The notes beneath the pieces are model-generated. The model did not search any database, was not told the DNA's origin, and saw only the letters and a program-made list of their open reading frames with translations. A DNA stretch of 64,000 bases from Octopus bimaculoides (Eukaryota). Below are positions 36,783 through 49,782 of the stretch, one piece after another. Every line of letters starts with the position of its first letter. Positions within the stretch are counted from its first letter, which is position 1. The position numbers and the translations under genes were made by a program. The stretch spans positions 31,687,872-31,751,871 of the forward strand of contig NC_068990.1 of NCBI RefSeq assembly GCF_001194135.2, read 5' to 3'.

Positions 36783-37405
36783 GGAAAGAAAGAAAGAAAG
36801 AAAGAAAGAGAAGTGTCTCTGAACTAAATCTGCAATTTTTTTTTTTCCGATTGAATGTCTTTAGCTTCAATTGCATTGTGAATATCCCTGGCGAAATGCA
36901 TTTTTGACAGATAAAATTGTTGTCTTGGTTATGTTTAATCTGGGCCTTTACTTCATATAAGATACAAACACTTGATCTGTCCAACTTCGTAACCACTTGG
37001 CAACATACTTTTAAAGAAAAAGAGAAGCTATCATTCAGTCATATTCTCATGGATAATCCGATTCTGTTTGGTCACAAATTTAACTTATGAGTTAATTAGT
37101 TTTCCACTCACCCTATGTACATGTACGTACGTGTGCACGGACACGTAAACACACTGATGCAAACGCACACACACACACACTACCTCTCTGTGTAAGAGAG
37201 AGAGAGGGAGGGTGTATGTGTGTGTGTGTGTGTGTACAAGCCTTAATATATATTCTCCTTTCCTTTCGGGTATACATATATTGAATCATTTGAAAATTAG
37301 AAACAAATAAGGACTGGCTCTGAAGGTAATGATTCGTCCAACCCATACCAGCATGGAAAGCGGACGTAAAAATGATCTTTCAAAAAGTGATTAGAAATGA
37401 ATTCT

Positions 37406-37602
37406 TTCTAATTTTAGCACAAAGCCAGTGCGTGTGTAAGTGTGTGTGCTTGTTTGTGGTGGGGTAGTCAACATTACCCACCTCACTACTTTACTAGTGT
37501 TTTATTTTATCGACCCCGAAAGGAAGACAGACAAAGTTGTCCTCGGTGGGATTTGAACTTATAACGTAAAGATCTGGAAGAAATGCCGCTCATTTTGTCC
37601 GA
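37406..37602 (-). mobile_element. SINE family B
   Basis: TTTATCGACCCCGAAAGGAAG..GTCCTCGGTGGGATTTGAACT. Confidence 0.6.
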
Positions 37603-37774
37603 CGGTTGATAGAAGTAAATGTTTTATTGAAACAGGGTTAAATATGTGTTGATATTTTCATTATTCATAATTTACTCAAGACTTTTATTGTTGTTGTGTA
37701 GTTCAAGTCAGCAAACCTATGGATTATGCAACTAACAGTATAGCTATGGCCCTCGTATCCTTTTTGCATTTCAG

Positions 37775-37812
37775 GGACTTCACAGTCCATATTATACATC
37801 TTTAAGACGATA
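37775..37812 (+). CDS. Candidate exon 5 (G-TSQSILYIFKTI in phase 1, or GLHSPYYTSLRR in phase 0)
   Basis: cctttttgcatttcag|...|gtgagt; strong splice consensus on both sides; 38 nt. Confidence 0.25.
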
Positions 37813-38220
37813 GTGAGTAATATGAGATAATTTTTAATGTCCTTTCTTGCACGTCAAGCGACCATAGATTCGTTAATGTTTCACTGCGCGTATGACTCAA
37901 TCTTGTTTCTCTTCTGCTTGTGTTATTAAACCCATTAGGTTGCTGTGAACTACTTTATTTACATATTTCCTCAAGCCTCTTAGGGAAATATATAATGAGC
38001 GATATTACAGAATATGTGAAATTTCTCATTCAATGCTTATTACGTAGTTAATCAAGTAATGTAAACCAATTTCAATTGACTTATAACAGGATGTCACTAG
38101 TCATGCATCAAGGCCTACCTTAAGTTTGACTACTTTAATTATAAGGAGCAGTGGATTACACCAAAACGAATCTTACACATACCCAGATGTACATACATCA
38201 AAGTGTATACGAGCATGTGC

Positions 38221-38264
<44 letters not shown>

Positions 38265-39216
38265 CTTACAAGTAAAAATGAATAGATGCTTTCGTGCATC
38301 TGCGTACACAGAAAAAAATTAATAAATAAAATAAATAAAGCTGTGTGCATGTAACTTGACAACTTCCTTTACATAGATGAATGAACATTGTGCCACAGTA
38401 TTATTTACTATCTGAAGCAGTTATTCCAAATTTAGCAATGGTAAATATAATCTTAGATTAAAACATTATCCTCTAATATTGAATAACAATTATCAAAATG
38501 AAGGACATGCTCATTTTCTTGAAGTTGAATACCAAACTTCAATGCTAAGGACGACTTACCTTTTCAGCTAACGAACAGTAGCTATATCTGTCAGTCGTGT
38601 GTTTTGGACATCAGATTCATCTCCTGTTATTGTTGTTTAACGTTAGTTCAGTCCTGATCTATGATGAAAGACATTCCAGCCATGACTACATCTTTATTTT
38701 TAGTTACATTATGTCTACATTATCCGATGTATCCTTTTTTTTTTTTTTTTTTTTTTTTCCTTAAGACAATACGATGTGACTGGAGGGTTATTTTACTGCT
38801 ATTTCTAACACGGCGAACGACCATGTTGAGGCTCAAAGTCATTATCAATATCAGTGGTGGAAAGTTGAATTTGTACGATGTCCAGTAATTACTTTATGAG
38901 GATGGTGATGTAAGTAAAGTGGAATAGATACTAGTAGGAGTCAAAACAAAGTTAACTTTGTATTGTACAAGTTGAACAACATATATTTATTGGGAAATAA
39001 CTTGACAAGCTACGAGTAGAAATTTACAGTTGAAGGGAGGTAACTTTTGATTCGCAGCTGTGTTCACTGTCAATGAGCTGCACGTTTATAAAACTTTATT
39101 TTTGAGAACCTAAACTATAAAATAGAACTTTTATATAAAATTACAACAATCGTTTTTATGAATATTAATTTGCAGAGTGTATTTTGGAGGTAACTAAATA
39201 TCGCATGGTCTTTGGT

Positions 39217-39461
39217 TTCTTATTTCTTTATTGCCCACAAGGGGCTAAACATAGAGGGGTACAAACAAGGACAGACAAATGGATTAAGTCGATTACATCG
39301 ACCCCAGTGCGTAACTCGTACTTAATTTATCGACCCCCGAAAGGATGAAAGGCAAAGTTGAAGTCGACCTCGGCGGAATTTGAACTCAGAATGTAACGGC
39401 AGGTGAAACACCGGTAAGCATTTCGCCCGGCGTGCTAACGTTTCTGCCAGCTCGCCGCCTT
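39217..39461 (-). mobile_element. SINE family B, well preserved
   Basis: Minus head GGCGGCGAGCTGGCAGAAACGTTAGCACGCCGGGCGAAATGC..GAGTTCAAATTCCGCCGAGGTCGAC; tail GGGCAATAAAGAAATAAG. Confidence 0.9.
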
Positions 39462-39548
39462 TGGCTTGTACCATACAAAGAAACCCTTAAGTTTATTAAA
39501 ATGTAACTAATTTTCCCCTACAGAAACAAATTGTTGTTTTAAAAGTGT

Positions 39549-39591
<43 letters not shown>

Positions 39592-40347
39592 NNNNNNNNN
39601 NNNNNNNNNNNNNNNNNNNNNNNNNNNNNNNNNNNNNNNNNNNNNNNNNNNNNNNNNNNNNNNNNNNNNNNNNNNNNNNNNNNNNNNNNNNNNNNNNNNN
39701 NNNNNNNNNNNNNNNNNNNNNNNNNNNNNNNNNNNNNNNNNNNNNNNNNNNNNNNNNNNNNNNNNNNNNNNNNNNNNNNNNNNNNNNNNNNNNNNNNNNN
39801 NNNNNNNNNNNNNNNNNNNNNNNNNNNNNNNNNNNNNNNNNNNNNNNNNNNNNNNNNNNNNNNNNNNNNNNNNNNNNNNNNNNNNNNNNNNNNNNNNNNN
39901 NNNNNNNNNNNNNNNNNNNNNNNNNNNNNNNNNNNNNNNNNNNNNNNNNNNNNNNNNNNNNNNNNNNNNNNNNNNNNNNNNNNNNNNNNNNNNNNNNNNN
40001 NNNNNNNNNNNNNNNNNNNNNNNNNNNNNNNNNNNNNNNNNNNNNNNNNNNNNNNNNNNNNNNNNNNNNNNNNNNNNNNNNNNNNNNNNNNNNNNNNNNN
40101 NNNNNNNNNNNNNNNNNNNNNNNNNNNNNNNNNNNNNNNNNNNNNNNNNNNNNNNNNNNNNNNNNNNNNNNNNNNNNNNNNNNNNNNNNNNNNNNNNNNN
40201 NNNNNNNNNNNNNNNNNNNNNNNNNNNNNNNNNNNNNNNNNNNNNNNNNNNNNNNNNNNNNNNNNNNNNNNNNNNNNNNNNNNNNNNNNNNNNNNNNNNN
40301 NNNNNNNNNNNNNNNNNNNNNNNNNNNNNNNNNNNNNNNNNNNNNNN

Positions 40348-40379
<32 letters not shown>

Positions 40380-40383
<4 letters not shown>

Positions 40384-41050
40384 CTGTATGCATTGTGATT
40401 TGGTTAAGAAGTTCACTCTGCAACCACGTAACCACGTGGTCTCAGATTTGATCCAGCTGTGCAAATACTTGGTTGTCTTCTACTATAGGTTCAGGTTTAT
40501 CAATGCCTTATGGCTGAGATTTGTGTAATGGAAACTGTAAGAAAGTTGAAGTGTATGTGTGTGCGTATCTCCATCTTTGCATTGATATCTCTTGATCAGT
40601 GGCGATATTTGCTTATTTTCCACATAAACTATACATACTAATGCTTCGTGGAGACCAGGTGAATAGTTGGCATTAAGGAGAGTATCTGGCCATAGACTAC
40701 TGCATGTCTCAAGAAGTGTCATCCAACCCATGCCATCTTGGAAAACTTCTTAAAAACAATAGTAACAATATATCATCATCATCGTCATCATCATTTAACA
40801 TCTACTCTGTGTGTATGTGTGTGTGTGTGTGTATGTATGTATATGTATGTAAAATGTATGTGCTTGTGCCACATAAAAAGCCCCCCATTTTATTCTGTAA
40901 AATGGTTGGTGCTAGGAAGAGCATCCAGTCATTAAAAAAACATACCAGAGTAGATAGTAGAAACTGACACAGTTCTTTGGCCTTCCAGCTCCTGTTAAAC
41001 TGTCCAAGCCATGCCAACATGTAAAAATGACACTTGGTGACACTAGTGAT
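40380..41050 (+). mobile_element. Degenerate SINE A-head and E-type remnants
   Basis: GGTTAAGAAGTTCACT..GTCTTCTACTATAGG; GGTTGGTGCTAGGAAGAGCATCCAG..CCATGCCAACATG..GATGATGAT. Confidence 0.5.
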
Positions 41051-41083
41051 GATGATCTATGTATGTATGTATGTATGTATGTA

Positions 41084-41114
<31 letters not shown>

Positions 41115-41115
41115 C

Positions 41116-41154
<39 letters not shown>

Positions 41155-41157
41155 GTA

Positions 41158-41196
<39 letters not shown>

Positions 41197-41736
41197 TCCT
41201 TTTGGGATTGGATCTCGAAGCACATAAATGTTACAAATAATAGCATGCAAATACAGGGTTGAAAACCTTTTCTGGATAGAAAAACACAACACTATATGTA
41301 TACATGTATGTGCATCTCTCACACACATATACACACACACACTCAGAGATATCATATATATTTTACAACTTCCTGCCACTCTACATTGACATTTTTCTAA
41401 GCCAAATATTTGTACTAACTTACTTAGTCATGATGTGATCATCCAGAGCTGACGTATTCAAAGTTGACACCACAAGCTCTGTCTGCTAGTCTTTTAGTGT
41501 TCACACCAAAACTTAGTACTTCTATCAGATTTCTTTCTTGTTTTTTTTATGTTATTTTATATTTTATTTAGATAAGTACAAATAGTTTTACATGTACTAT
41601 TCATGAAATAATATCCACTCTGATATACTAATATTTGAAGAAGCAATTTAAGCATGGATTTGTCTTTGATATTCTTTATCATGATAATAATACTAAGATA
41701 GAAATTTTTTAAAGTAGGAAAAGCAAAATTATTTAA

Positions 41737-41804
<68 letters not shown>

Positions 41805-41842
41805 ATTATTATCATTATTACTATTATTTTTTTTTTTTTTTT

Positions 41843-42060
41843 AAGGCAGTGAGCTGGCAGAATTGTTAGCACACCAGGCAAAATGCTTAGCAACATTTTG
41901 TCAGTCTTCAGGTTCTGAGTTCGAATTCTGCTCAAGTCGACTTTGCCTTTCATCCTCTTAGAGTCGATAAAGTAAAGTACCAATTGAACATTGGGTTCAG
42001 AGTAAATTGACTTACCCCTCTCCCTGAAAATTGCTAGCCTTTTATCAAAATTTGAAACCA
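41843..42060 (+). mobile_element. SINE family B
   Basis: AAGGCAGTGAGCTGGCAGAATTG..GTCGACTTTGCCTTTCATCC..TTTGAAACC. Confidence 0.8.
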
Positions 42061-42798
42061 TTATTATTATTATTAGAATTTAGATGAAATATAAAAAAAT
42101 GCCTACTAAAATACGTAAATATAAATACTAAAAGCAATAAACTCGCTATTTGAGACTAATTTCATTAAATTATGCAACCTCTCATTTAAATTTTTGTGCA
42201 GATTGGAATTAAGTAATGATCTCTGTCCATAGTTCCTATTGGCTAATAACTACTCATTACATCTCTGCTAATATCTACTTATTACATCATTGCACAACGG
42301 AAGTAAACCCTTTACAATTAATATAAAATGAAAACCTTATAAAACTGGAATAAATATTTTTAAATCATTCATACTGAAAATCCTGTTTCATAAGAAATAG
42401 TAACTTAATGCCGGATCCAGATGGTAATATGTTAATGCTTTTAATAAAGATTTGGTTGAAAATAAGTATGAAATTAAAACAACCTTCATTAATGTTAACC
42501 ATCATAATTTTATTTAATCAGATCAAATGAAATAAGTACTTAATTGTAATTTGTTGACTCATTCTATGACAATCTCAAATATTAAAATATTAATAAATGC
42601 TTTAAAAACTGTTTTTGTGTAGGTACTGAGGGTGTTTATGAGGTGGGGAGGGATAATATTTAAATATAAAGGTAGATAAATAGGTATAATATCGATAGGT
42701 ACTTTGCATTCAAAAACCAAAATGTTGTCAAATATATATAACACTAGTAAAATCCCCACAAAATTCTTATTTAAACAATAATGATCTTTAATAGTATT

Positions 42799-42830
<32 letters not shown>

Positions 42831-42849
42831 TATATTCCTGTGTGTGTGT

Positions 42850-43030
42850 TTCGGTATGTCGTCTGTCGTTATACTCTGAGTTCAAATTCCGCCAAGGTCG
42901 ACTTTGCCTTTCATCCTTTCAGAGTTGATTAAATAAGTACCAGTTACACACTGGGGTCGATATAATTGACTTAATCCCTTTGTTTGTCCTCTCTATGTTT
43001 ATCCCCCTGAGGGCAATAAAAAAACAAATA
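42850..43030 (+). mobile_element. SINE family B, 5'-truncated
   Basis: TCTGAGTTCAAATTCCGCCAAGGTCGACTTTGCC..GGGCAATAAA. Confidence 0.8.
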
Positions 43031-43222
43031 TTGGTTTCAAATATTGGCACAAGGCCAACAATTTCAAAGGAAGATCTAAGTTGATTTTATTGGCTCCAGT
43101 GCTCAACCCCGGAAGGATGAAAGGCAAAGTTGACCTCAGTAGAATTTGAACTCAGGACATCACTGAAATAGTGCTAAGCATTTTATCTGGCATGCTAGCA
43201 ATTTTGCCAGCTCACTGCCTTA
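43031..43222 (-). mobile_element. SINE family B, tail-to-tail with the previous copy
   Basis: TTGGTTTCAAATATTGGCACAAGGCC..GGATGAAAGGCAAAGTTGACC..GCTCACTGCC. Confidence 0.75.
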
Positions 43223-43359
43223 CAAAGTAACTAATATTGTTAATAATGTTCTGTCATGTAGCCAGCTATCATGTAGTAGTACACAGGTAGCCATAATATC
43301 TATCATGTATGTCCTTTGATTAATTTTAATATATATATATGCATATCTATATCTATATA

Positions 43360-43417
<58 letters not shown>

Positions 43418-43529
43418 TATATATACCAACCCTAGTACTTGACTGGTACTTTATTTTATTGATGCTTTGCATGGATCAAAATATAAAGAGCTGTAACTAA
43501 ATAATACAGGCAGAATATTATGATAGACA

Positions 43530-43985
43530 TAGCTGTGTGGTAAGAACCTTGCTCCCCAAGCATATGGCTTCAGGTTCAGTCTCACTATGCTGCACCTTGG
43601 GCAAGTGTCTTCTACTATAGTCCTGGGCCATCCCAAGTCCTGTTGGTGGATTTGGTTGACAGAAAAAGAAGCTTGTCATATATATGTGTGTATATAAATG
43701 TGCATGTGTCTGCACATGTGTCTGTGCATGTGTGTGCGTGTGTGTGCATGTGTGTGTGTGTGTGTATATGTGTGTGTATGTGCACATATGCACACATGCA
43801 TGCCTTTGCATTTGTGCCTGTTCCCTCACCACTTGACAGTCGTTGTTGGTTTGTTTACATTCCTGTAACTTTTCTGTTTAGCAAAAGAGATCAATTGGAT
43901 AAGTACCAGATGCTAAAAAATAAGTACTGGATGCCCTATCATGGCTGCAGTCCAATGACTGAAACAAGTAAAAGATAAAAGACAA
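43530..43985 (+). mobile_element. SINE A1, degenerate full copy
   Basis: TAGCTGTGTGGTAAG head, hinge microsatellite, tail ATGACTGAAACAAGTAAAAGATAAAAG. Confidence 0.7.
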
Positions 43986-44275
43986 AAATTTGTCCTCTTA
44001 TTCTTATCTGGCATCATTTTATCACAGACCTTAATTTAACTTCAAGTCCTCTCTTTCATCCCTTTTTCCCATCTACCCTCCACCCCTAGTTCATGGGTCC
44101 TGTCCATTCAAGTACATGTTAGAAATCTGAGCTAAGTTACAGAGTGAACATGTTTTTGTTTCTCTTCTAAAAATTAGTAGAGAGATGATGAAGATTATGA
44201 GATATTTCTAATGATTTTTCTTAATTAATTTGGAAAACATTCTAGAATTTCGAAGACATAGCAAAATAGCTAACA

Positions 44276-44493
44276 TTGACTTCAAATTTTGGCACAAAGC
44301 TAGCAATTTGTGAGAGGGAGTAAGTCAATTACATTGACCCCCACTGTACTCAGCTGATACTAATTTTATCGACCCCCGAAAGGCTGAAAGGTAAATTTGA
44401 CCTCAGTGACATTTGAAATCAGAATGCAAAGATGGATGAAATGCTGCTAAGCATTTTGACCCAGAGTAGTAATGATTTTGCCAGCCTCACCAC
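44276..44493 (-). mobile_element. SINE family B
   Basis: Reverse-complement homology to B. Confidence 0.65.
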
Positions 44494-44686
44494 GTAATAG
44501 CTAATGTTGTCATTATTAAGCTGGTGTTTGGAACATAACTTAAGGTAATGCTTCTTAGACAAGATTATGGATGGAAGATTTTAATTTAAATATTTTCCCT
44601 TTAAAACAAAAGATTTGGTGTCATAGAAGCAGATAAGTTGGTATCAAAATGGTTAAGACACGCCTGCACAAAACTTTCATATTGTA

Positions 44687-44733
<47 letters not shown>

Positions 44734-45239
44734 TGTNNNNNNNNNNNNNNNNNNNNNNNNNNNNNNNNNNNNNNNNNNNNNNNNNNNNNNNNNNNNNNNN
44801 NNNNNNNNNNNNNNNNNNNNNNNNNNNNNNNNNNNNNNNNNNNNNNNNNNNNNNNNNNNNNNNNNNNNNNNNNNNNNNNNNNNNNNNNNNNNNNNNNNNN
44901 NNNNNNNNNNNNNNNNNNNNNNNNNNNNNNNNNNNNNNNNNNNNNNNNNNNNNNNNNNNNNNNNNNNNNNNNNNNNNNNNNNNNNNNNNNNNNNNNNNNN
45001 NNNNNNNNNNNNNNNNNNNNNNNNNNNNNNNNNNNNNNNNNNNNNNNNNNNNNNNNNNNNNNNNNNNNNNNNNNNNNNNNNNNNNNNNNNNNNNNNNNNN
45101 NNNNNNNNNNNNNNNNNNNNNNNNNNNNNNNNNNNNNNNNNNNNNNNNNNNNNNNNNNNNNNNNNNNNNNNNNNNNNNNNNNNNNNNNNNNNNNNNNNNN
45201 NNNNNNNNNNNNNNNNNNNNNNNNNNNNNNNNNNNNNNT

Positions 45240-46393
45240 TTTATATTAAACATCTGCAAAGAGTAACCATGCCATGCACAAAAAGTTCAGTAGATCTGTC
45301 AGATTTTCAAAGAGGTATTGTTGGGCAATCTGAGGCTGGTCTTAGCCAGTAAAAAATTGCTGAAAATCTTCAAATTCCTCTTGCTACTGTTAATAGAATT
45401 ATAGTGCAATTCAAAAGCCAAGGAAAAGAATCAACAAATTCTTGTCCCAGCCAACCTGGGCCCTTGGAAAGGAAGCTTCACTGTTTGAAGAGAATTGTGG
45501 AAAATGAACCCCGTTTGAAGGCTTCTGACATTGCAAAACAGCTAGAAGTTAGTCCAAGAACATATGTTACATATCTGCATATGCTTGAGTATTATGGACG
45601 AACAACTAGAAGAAAACTTCTCCTTCAACCAATTAATATTATGAAAAGAAAGAAATGGGCTAAGGAGATGTCAGAAAAATCCAGTTCATTTTGTGTTAGA
45701 GTGATTTTCTCAGATGAATCCAGATTTGCATTATTTTCAGATAGTGGACATGTTTTGGTCTGGAGGCTTCCCAATCAAGAATTTGATTTGAAACAACTCC
45801 AACCAACTGTGAAACATGGTGGTATCTCTGTAATGGTATGGAGAACTGTCACCAGCAATGGTCGTTCTGAGCTGATCGAATGTGTTGGAACCATAAACTC
45901 TGAAAAATACATTGAAATACTTAAGCAAGGACTACTTCCAATGTATTCACACGACAACATAGCAAAAAATGAGTTTTTTATTCATGGACGATGGGGCTCC
46001 ATGCCACACAGCGAAAAGGAATCAACAATGGCTGACTGAAAATGGGATCACAAAGCTTTCTTGGCCAAGCCTATCTCCTGGCATGAACCCAATCAAAAAT
46101 CTTTAGAGCATACTAGATAGAGCTATACGAAAAGCTCAACAGAAACCTAAATCTAAAGATGAATTGTTTCGATTGTTGCGTGAAATGTGGGCAGAAATTC
46201 CACAAGAGACAATCACAAAGCTCATCAGTTCAACGTCAAAAAGAGTTTCTGAATTGAAAACTGCAAAGGGAATGTCAACTAAATACTAAAGTATGTAGTC
46301 CTACCTATCAATTACCTTTCAATTGTTCGCTTTGCGTATTAAATAAAAGATTTTAAAAATTAAAGGTGTCTATTTACTTTCTGCATGTTTGTG
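45240..46393 (+). pseudogene. Decayed Tc1-family (DD34E) transposon
   Basis: ATG at 45269 (MPCTKSSVDLSDFQRGIVG..), VIFSDESRF, then after a frameshift MDDGAPCH..WPSLSPGMNPIKNL (34-residue spacing, E mutated to K), stop at 46287-46289. 3' TIR-like end followed by TA. 5' end lies in the gap. Confidence 0.92.
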
Positions 46394-47932
46394 TATATTA
46401 TGCACTTTATTGTGTTTTGTGGTGTGTGATACCCTGGTCTGTGGAAAAAGTTTCTTGTATGAAACTGGCCCATGGTGCAAAAAATGGTTGGAGATCACTG
46501 CTGTAGAACACAACAATAGAGTTTTAGCCAATGCTGTATGCTATGATGAATATCAATATTACATCTCTATACACAACAGACATAATGTTACATCCATTGT
46601 AACATAAGTGTTGGCTAAAATGTTATTGATATTTTGTGTGGCATAATACAGTATTGAAATAAAATTATTATCAACATGCCAATAATTATAATTCTTTGTT
46701 GAAGTCTTATGAAATGCTTTATCAAATTCAGCTCAAAGATCCTCCCCATGATTTAAGGGAATAAAAATGAGAAATGTGATATTTTTGTCTTTTGCAAGGA
46801 CATTTATAGCAAGAGTAAAATATATTGGCTTCAGTTGGCACTTACCAGGAGCTTAACACTATTTCACAATGCTTACTATTAATCCATTTGAAATTCTATA
46901 AGCTCCTACAGCCTTCTTAATCATCATTACCATCATCAGCAGCAGCAGCAGCTATAGGTGGCACACTCTAAGTAGTTACATATTCTATGTAAGTTTCTTT
47001 GAAAATGGAATGAAATTGTCATGCCTCAGTTTGCTTCAGCCAAAAGGAATATGAATCATTGAATGCAAAAGAACTCTTACAATGTGAACTAGTCTGCTGT
47101 TTCATGATTAATTTGAATAAATCCTTGATAAGAAAGTTGGTGAATTAATTGTTGATTGTGTTGAAGTAAAGATCAACAAAATATTTCATTTTTAAAATTG
47201 TGAAGGTTGATTCTAATTCTACTCTATATTATCTCTAAATGAACCATTAATACTCTTTAAAAAAATCATACATATCCACAAAAATGTAAGACTAAGCAAC
47301 CTCTCTTCCAGGCTACTTGTTTCAATTAATAGATTATATTTGTAACCTAAACCCACCCAGGAAATGCTGTTGCTATAATTTCCTTTCTACTAGACAGATT
47401 AGGCAGTCCTTTTTAGGTTCCTGTATAACAGTGAATTAAAACACTAATATAAAATTTGAAAAGAACTTGTCAACTGAAAACAGTTTAAATATCATTGAAA
47501 TCCAACAACATTTCTCAGATAAAAATATGGTTTTAATTAAATTTTCAAACTTAGCACTTTTCTAAACATTAGATCTATTTCAGATGGTTATCTATGTAAT
47601 TAATATCCATTCCTCTAAAGTTAATGTTGATAGCATCTGTCTTACACTATCAGATAAGATATAATTAGCTGATCATGACTACTTGGTCATTAGTTAAAGT
47701 CGATTACGTTTATCTATTATGAAACTAAATGCATTTTATAATTAATTGATATAATAGTTGCAATAAAATAAAATGAATGAAAATTAATTTGTACATATCT
47801 ATAAATTGTCTTATAAGTAGATTCTGATGTATTCATCGGTGTTTTGTTTATTTTAATTCAGAAATTTTTAAAAAGCCTATTTTAGAAATAAATTGCCTTC
47901 AGCAGATAAAATGGTATACCTTTATAGTTTTA

Positions 47933-48216
47933 CTAGCAGTATAACCCGACCTTGTCCGGGTGTGACTTATTATGCCATCTACGATAAGTCTTGCTAGCTG
48001 AAAATCAACTAAAAAAGAAAGCCTTACAACGAAAAAACCCTTATGATGTAAATATGTTCATAATTCAAAAGACGATGAAATTAATAGGGAAAGTCTGAAA
48101 GCTGTTTTGCGTAAAATTATTAAGCATACGTAAATTTCATCCGTGTAATTGGCTATAGAAATGCTTGTGCAAAACAACTTTTTGCGCTGCCCTGATTATA
48201 CATAGCAGGGTAATCC
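47933..48216 (-). mobile_element. Non-autonomous Helitron-like element (3' end firm, 5' end tentative)
   Basis: Minus 3' end CCCGGACAAGGTCGGG hairpin, 8 nt, then CTAG|T; possible degenerate 5' end (G)CTATGTATAAT near 48216. Confidence 0.55.
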
Positions 48217-48442
48217 CTTTTCACAGGAGCTAGGATGGCAATTTGTGATGAAGCAATTGCTGGCGATCTGTTGCTAAACAGTTTTGCCAGAATTCTATCA
48301 GATTGGGCAGAAGGTGTTGATGCACCATTTTACATTATGTTCAAAGTAGCTACTGGAATGTGGTGAATTGCTGCAGTCTGTGGCTGTCATTTTAAACCGG
48401 TTGCTGTCTTTCCCCAGCAAACTCTCTTCTTTGGAGGCATAA

Positions 48443-48845
48443 TCTATGTATATATTAAACAGAACAACAAAAGTTATAATAGATGGCAGGGTCGGTACTT
48501 TTCACATATCTGTAATTTTTCAGATTAACACCCGCACGATTACCCAACCCTAATCCTAACACTAACCGTAATACTAACCCTAAACCCTAAACCCTAACCC
48601 TAAAAAACGTAACCGTAACATTAATTCTAAACCCTAACCCTGACCCTAAAACCCTAACCCTAACACCCTAGTGAAAATCGTGGTAAATTTACAAAACATT
48701 GACGAACATGAGTTATATTTTACTGAATGTATGCTTTTGAGAGAGCGAGAGAGGAAGAGGTAGAGATGGGGAGAGAAAGGAATAGGGGTAGTTAAAAGTT
48801 TTCTTATGACTGCTTCTCTTCACTGCCTATTACTTCATTAGAAAT
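48443..48845 (+). mobile_element. Helitron-like 5' end running into gap
   Basis: A|TCTATGTATATATTAAA start; 3' end not seen. Confidence 0.4.
48542..48670. repeat. Degenerate telomere-like (CCCTAA/CCCTAAA)n tract
   Basis: ACCCTAAACCCTAAACCCTAACCCTAA...ACCCTAACCCTGACCCTAAAACCCTAACCCTAAC. Confidence 0.8.
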
Positions 48846-49376
48846 NNNNNNNNNNNNNNNNNNNNNNNNNNNNNNNNNNNNNNNNNNNNNNNNNNNNNNN
48901 NNNNNNNNNNNNNNNNNNNNNNNNNNNNNNNNNNNNNNNNNNNNNNNNNNNNNNNNNNNNNNNNNNNNNNNNNNNNNNNNNNNNNNNNNNNNNNNNNNNN
49001 NNNNNNNNNNNNNNNNNNNNNNNNNNNNNNNNNNNNNNNNNNNNNNNNNNNNNNNNNNNNNNNNNNNNNNNNNNNNNNNNNNNNNNNNNNNNNNNNNNNN
49101 NNNNNNNNNNNNNNNNNNNNNNNNNNNNNNNNNNNNNNNNNNNNNNNNNNNNNNNNNNNNNNNNNNNNNNNNNNNNNNNNNNNNNNNNNNNNNNNNNNNN
49201 NNNNNNNNNNNNNNNNNNNNNNNNNNNNNNNNNNNNNNNNNNNNNNNNNNNNNNNNNNNNNNNNNNNNNNNNNNNNNNNNNNNNNNNNNNNNNNNNNNNN
49301 NNNNNNNNNNNNNNNNNNNNNNNNNNNNNNNNNNNNNNNNNNNNNNNNNNNNNNNNNNNNNNNNNNNNNNNNNNNN

Positions 49377-49782
49377 NGTGTGGTTGTGTGTGTTTTTACG
49401 TATCTATGTTATGAAAAATAGGTAAAGAATACTGAGATGAAAGTTTAATCTATGACGTTGTATGTATCACTTTCTCTCTCTCTCTCTCTCCCTCTCCCTC
49501 TTTTACTTTTACTCTCTATATTTTTATGTTGAGCGCGTGTGTAAGAATGGCGTTCCAGGTAGCAGGGATGAAATATAAAAGTTGCTAGAAACAACAGCCA
49601 AATCTCCCTTAAATCACACAAAGTAAACGGAATTTTAAAAATCTAATTCCTGCACTGGAAAGTTCAGATCGAGAAAATTCCATTGATGTAAAGATTTTTA
49701 CGAAAAAGTGGAAAATGTGGATTTCTATAAACATTCAAAAAGGCTTCACACAAACACACAATTTCAGATTTATATATTAAGA
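49377..49782 (-). mobile_element. Helitron-like 5' portion
   Basis: The minus strand starts A|TCTTAATATATAAATCTGAAATTGTGTG; same start type as 59695. Confidence 0.45.

Noticed and set aside
45404-46039. Active transposase ORF (also 51038-51610)
   Set aside because: Upstream stops, frameshifts and lost catalytic residues (E to K; D to N).
48542-48670. True chromosome end
   Set aside because: The tract is short, degenerate and internal, with ordinary sequence on both sides.
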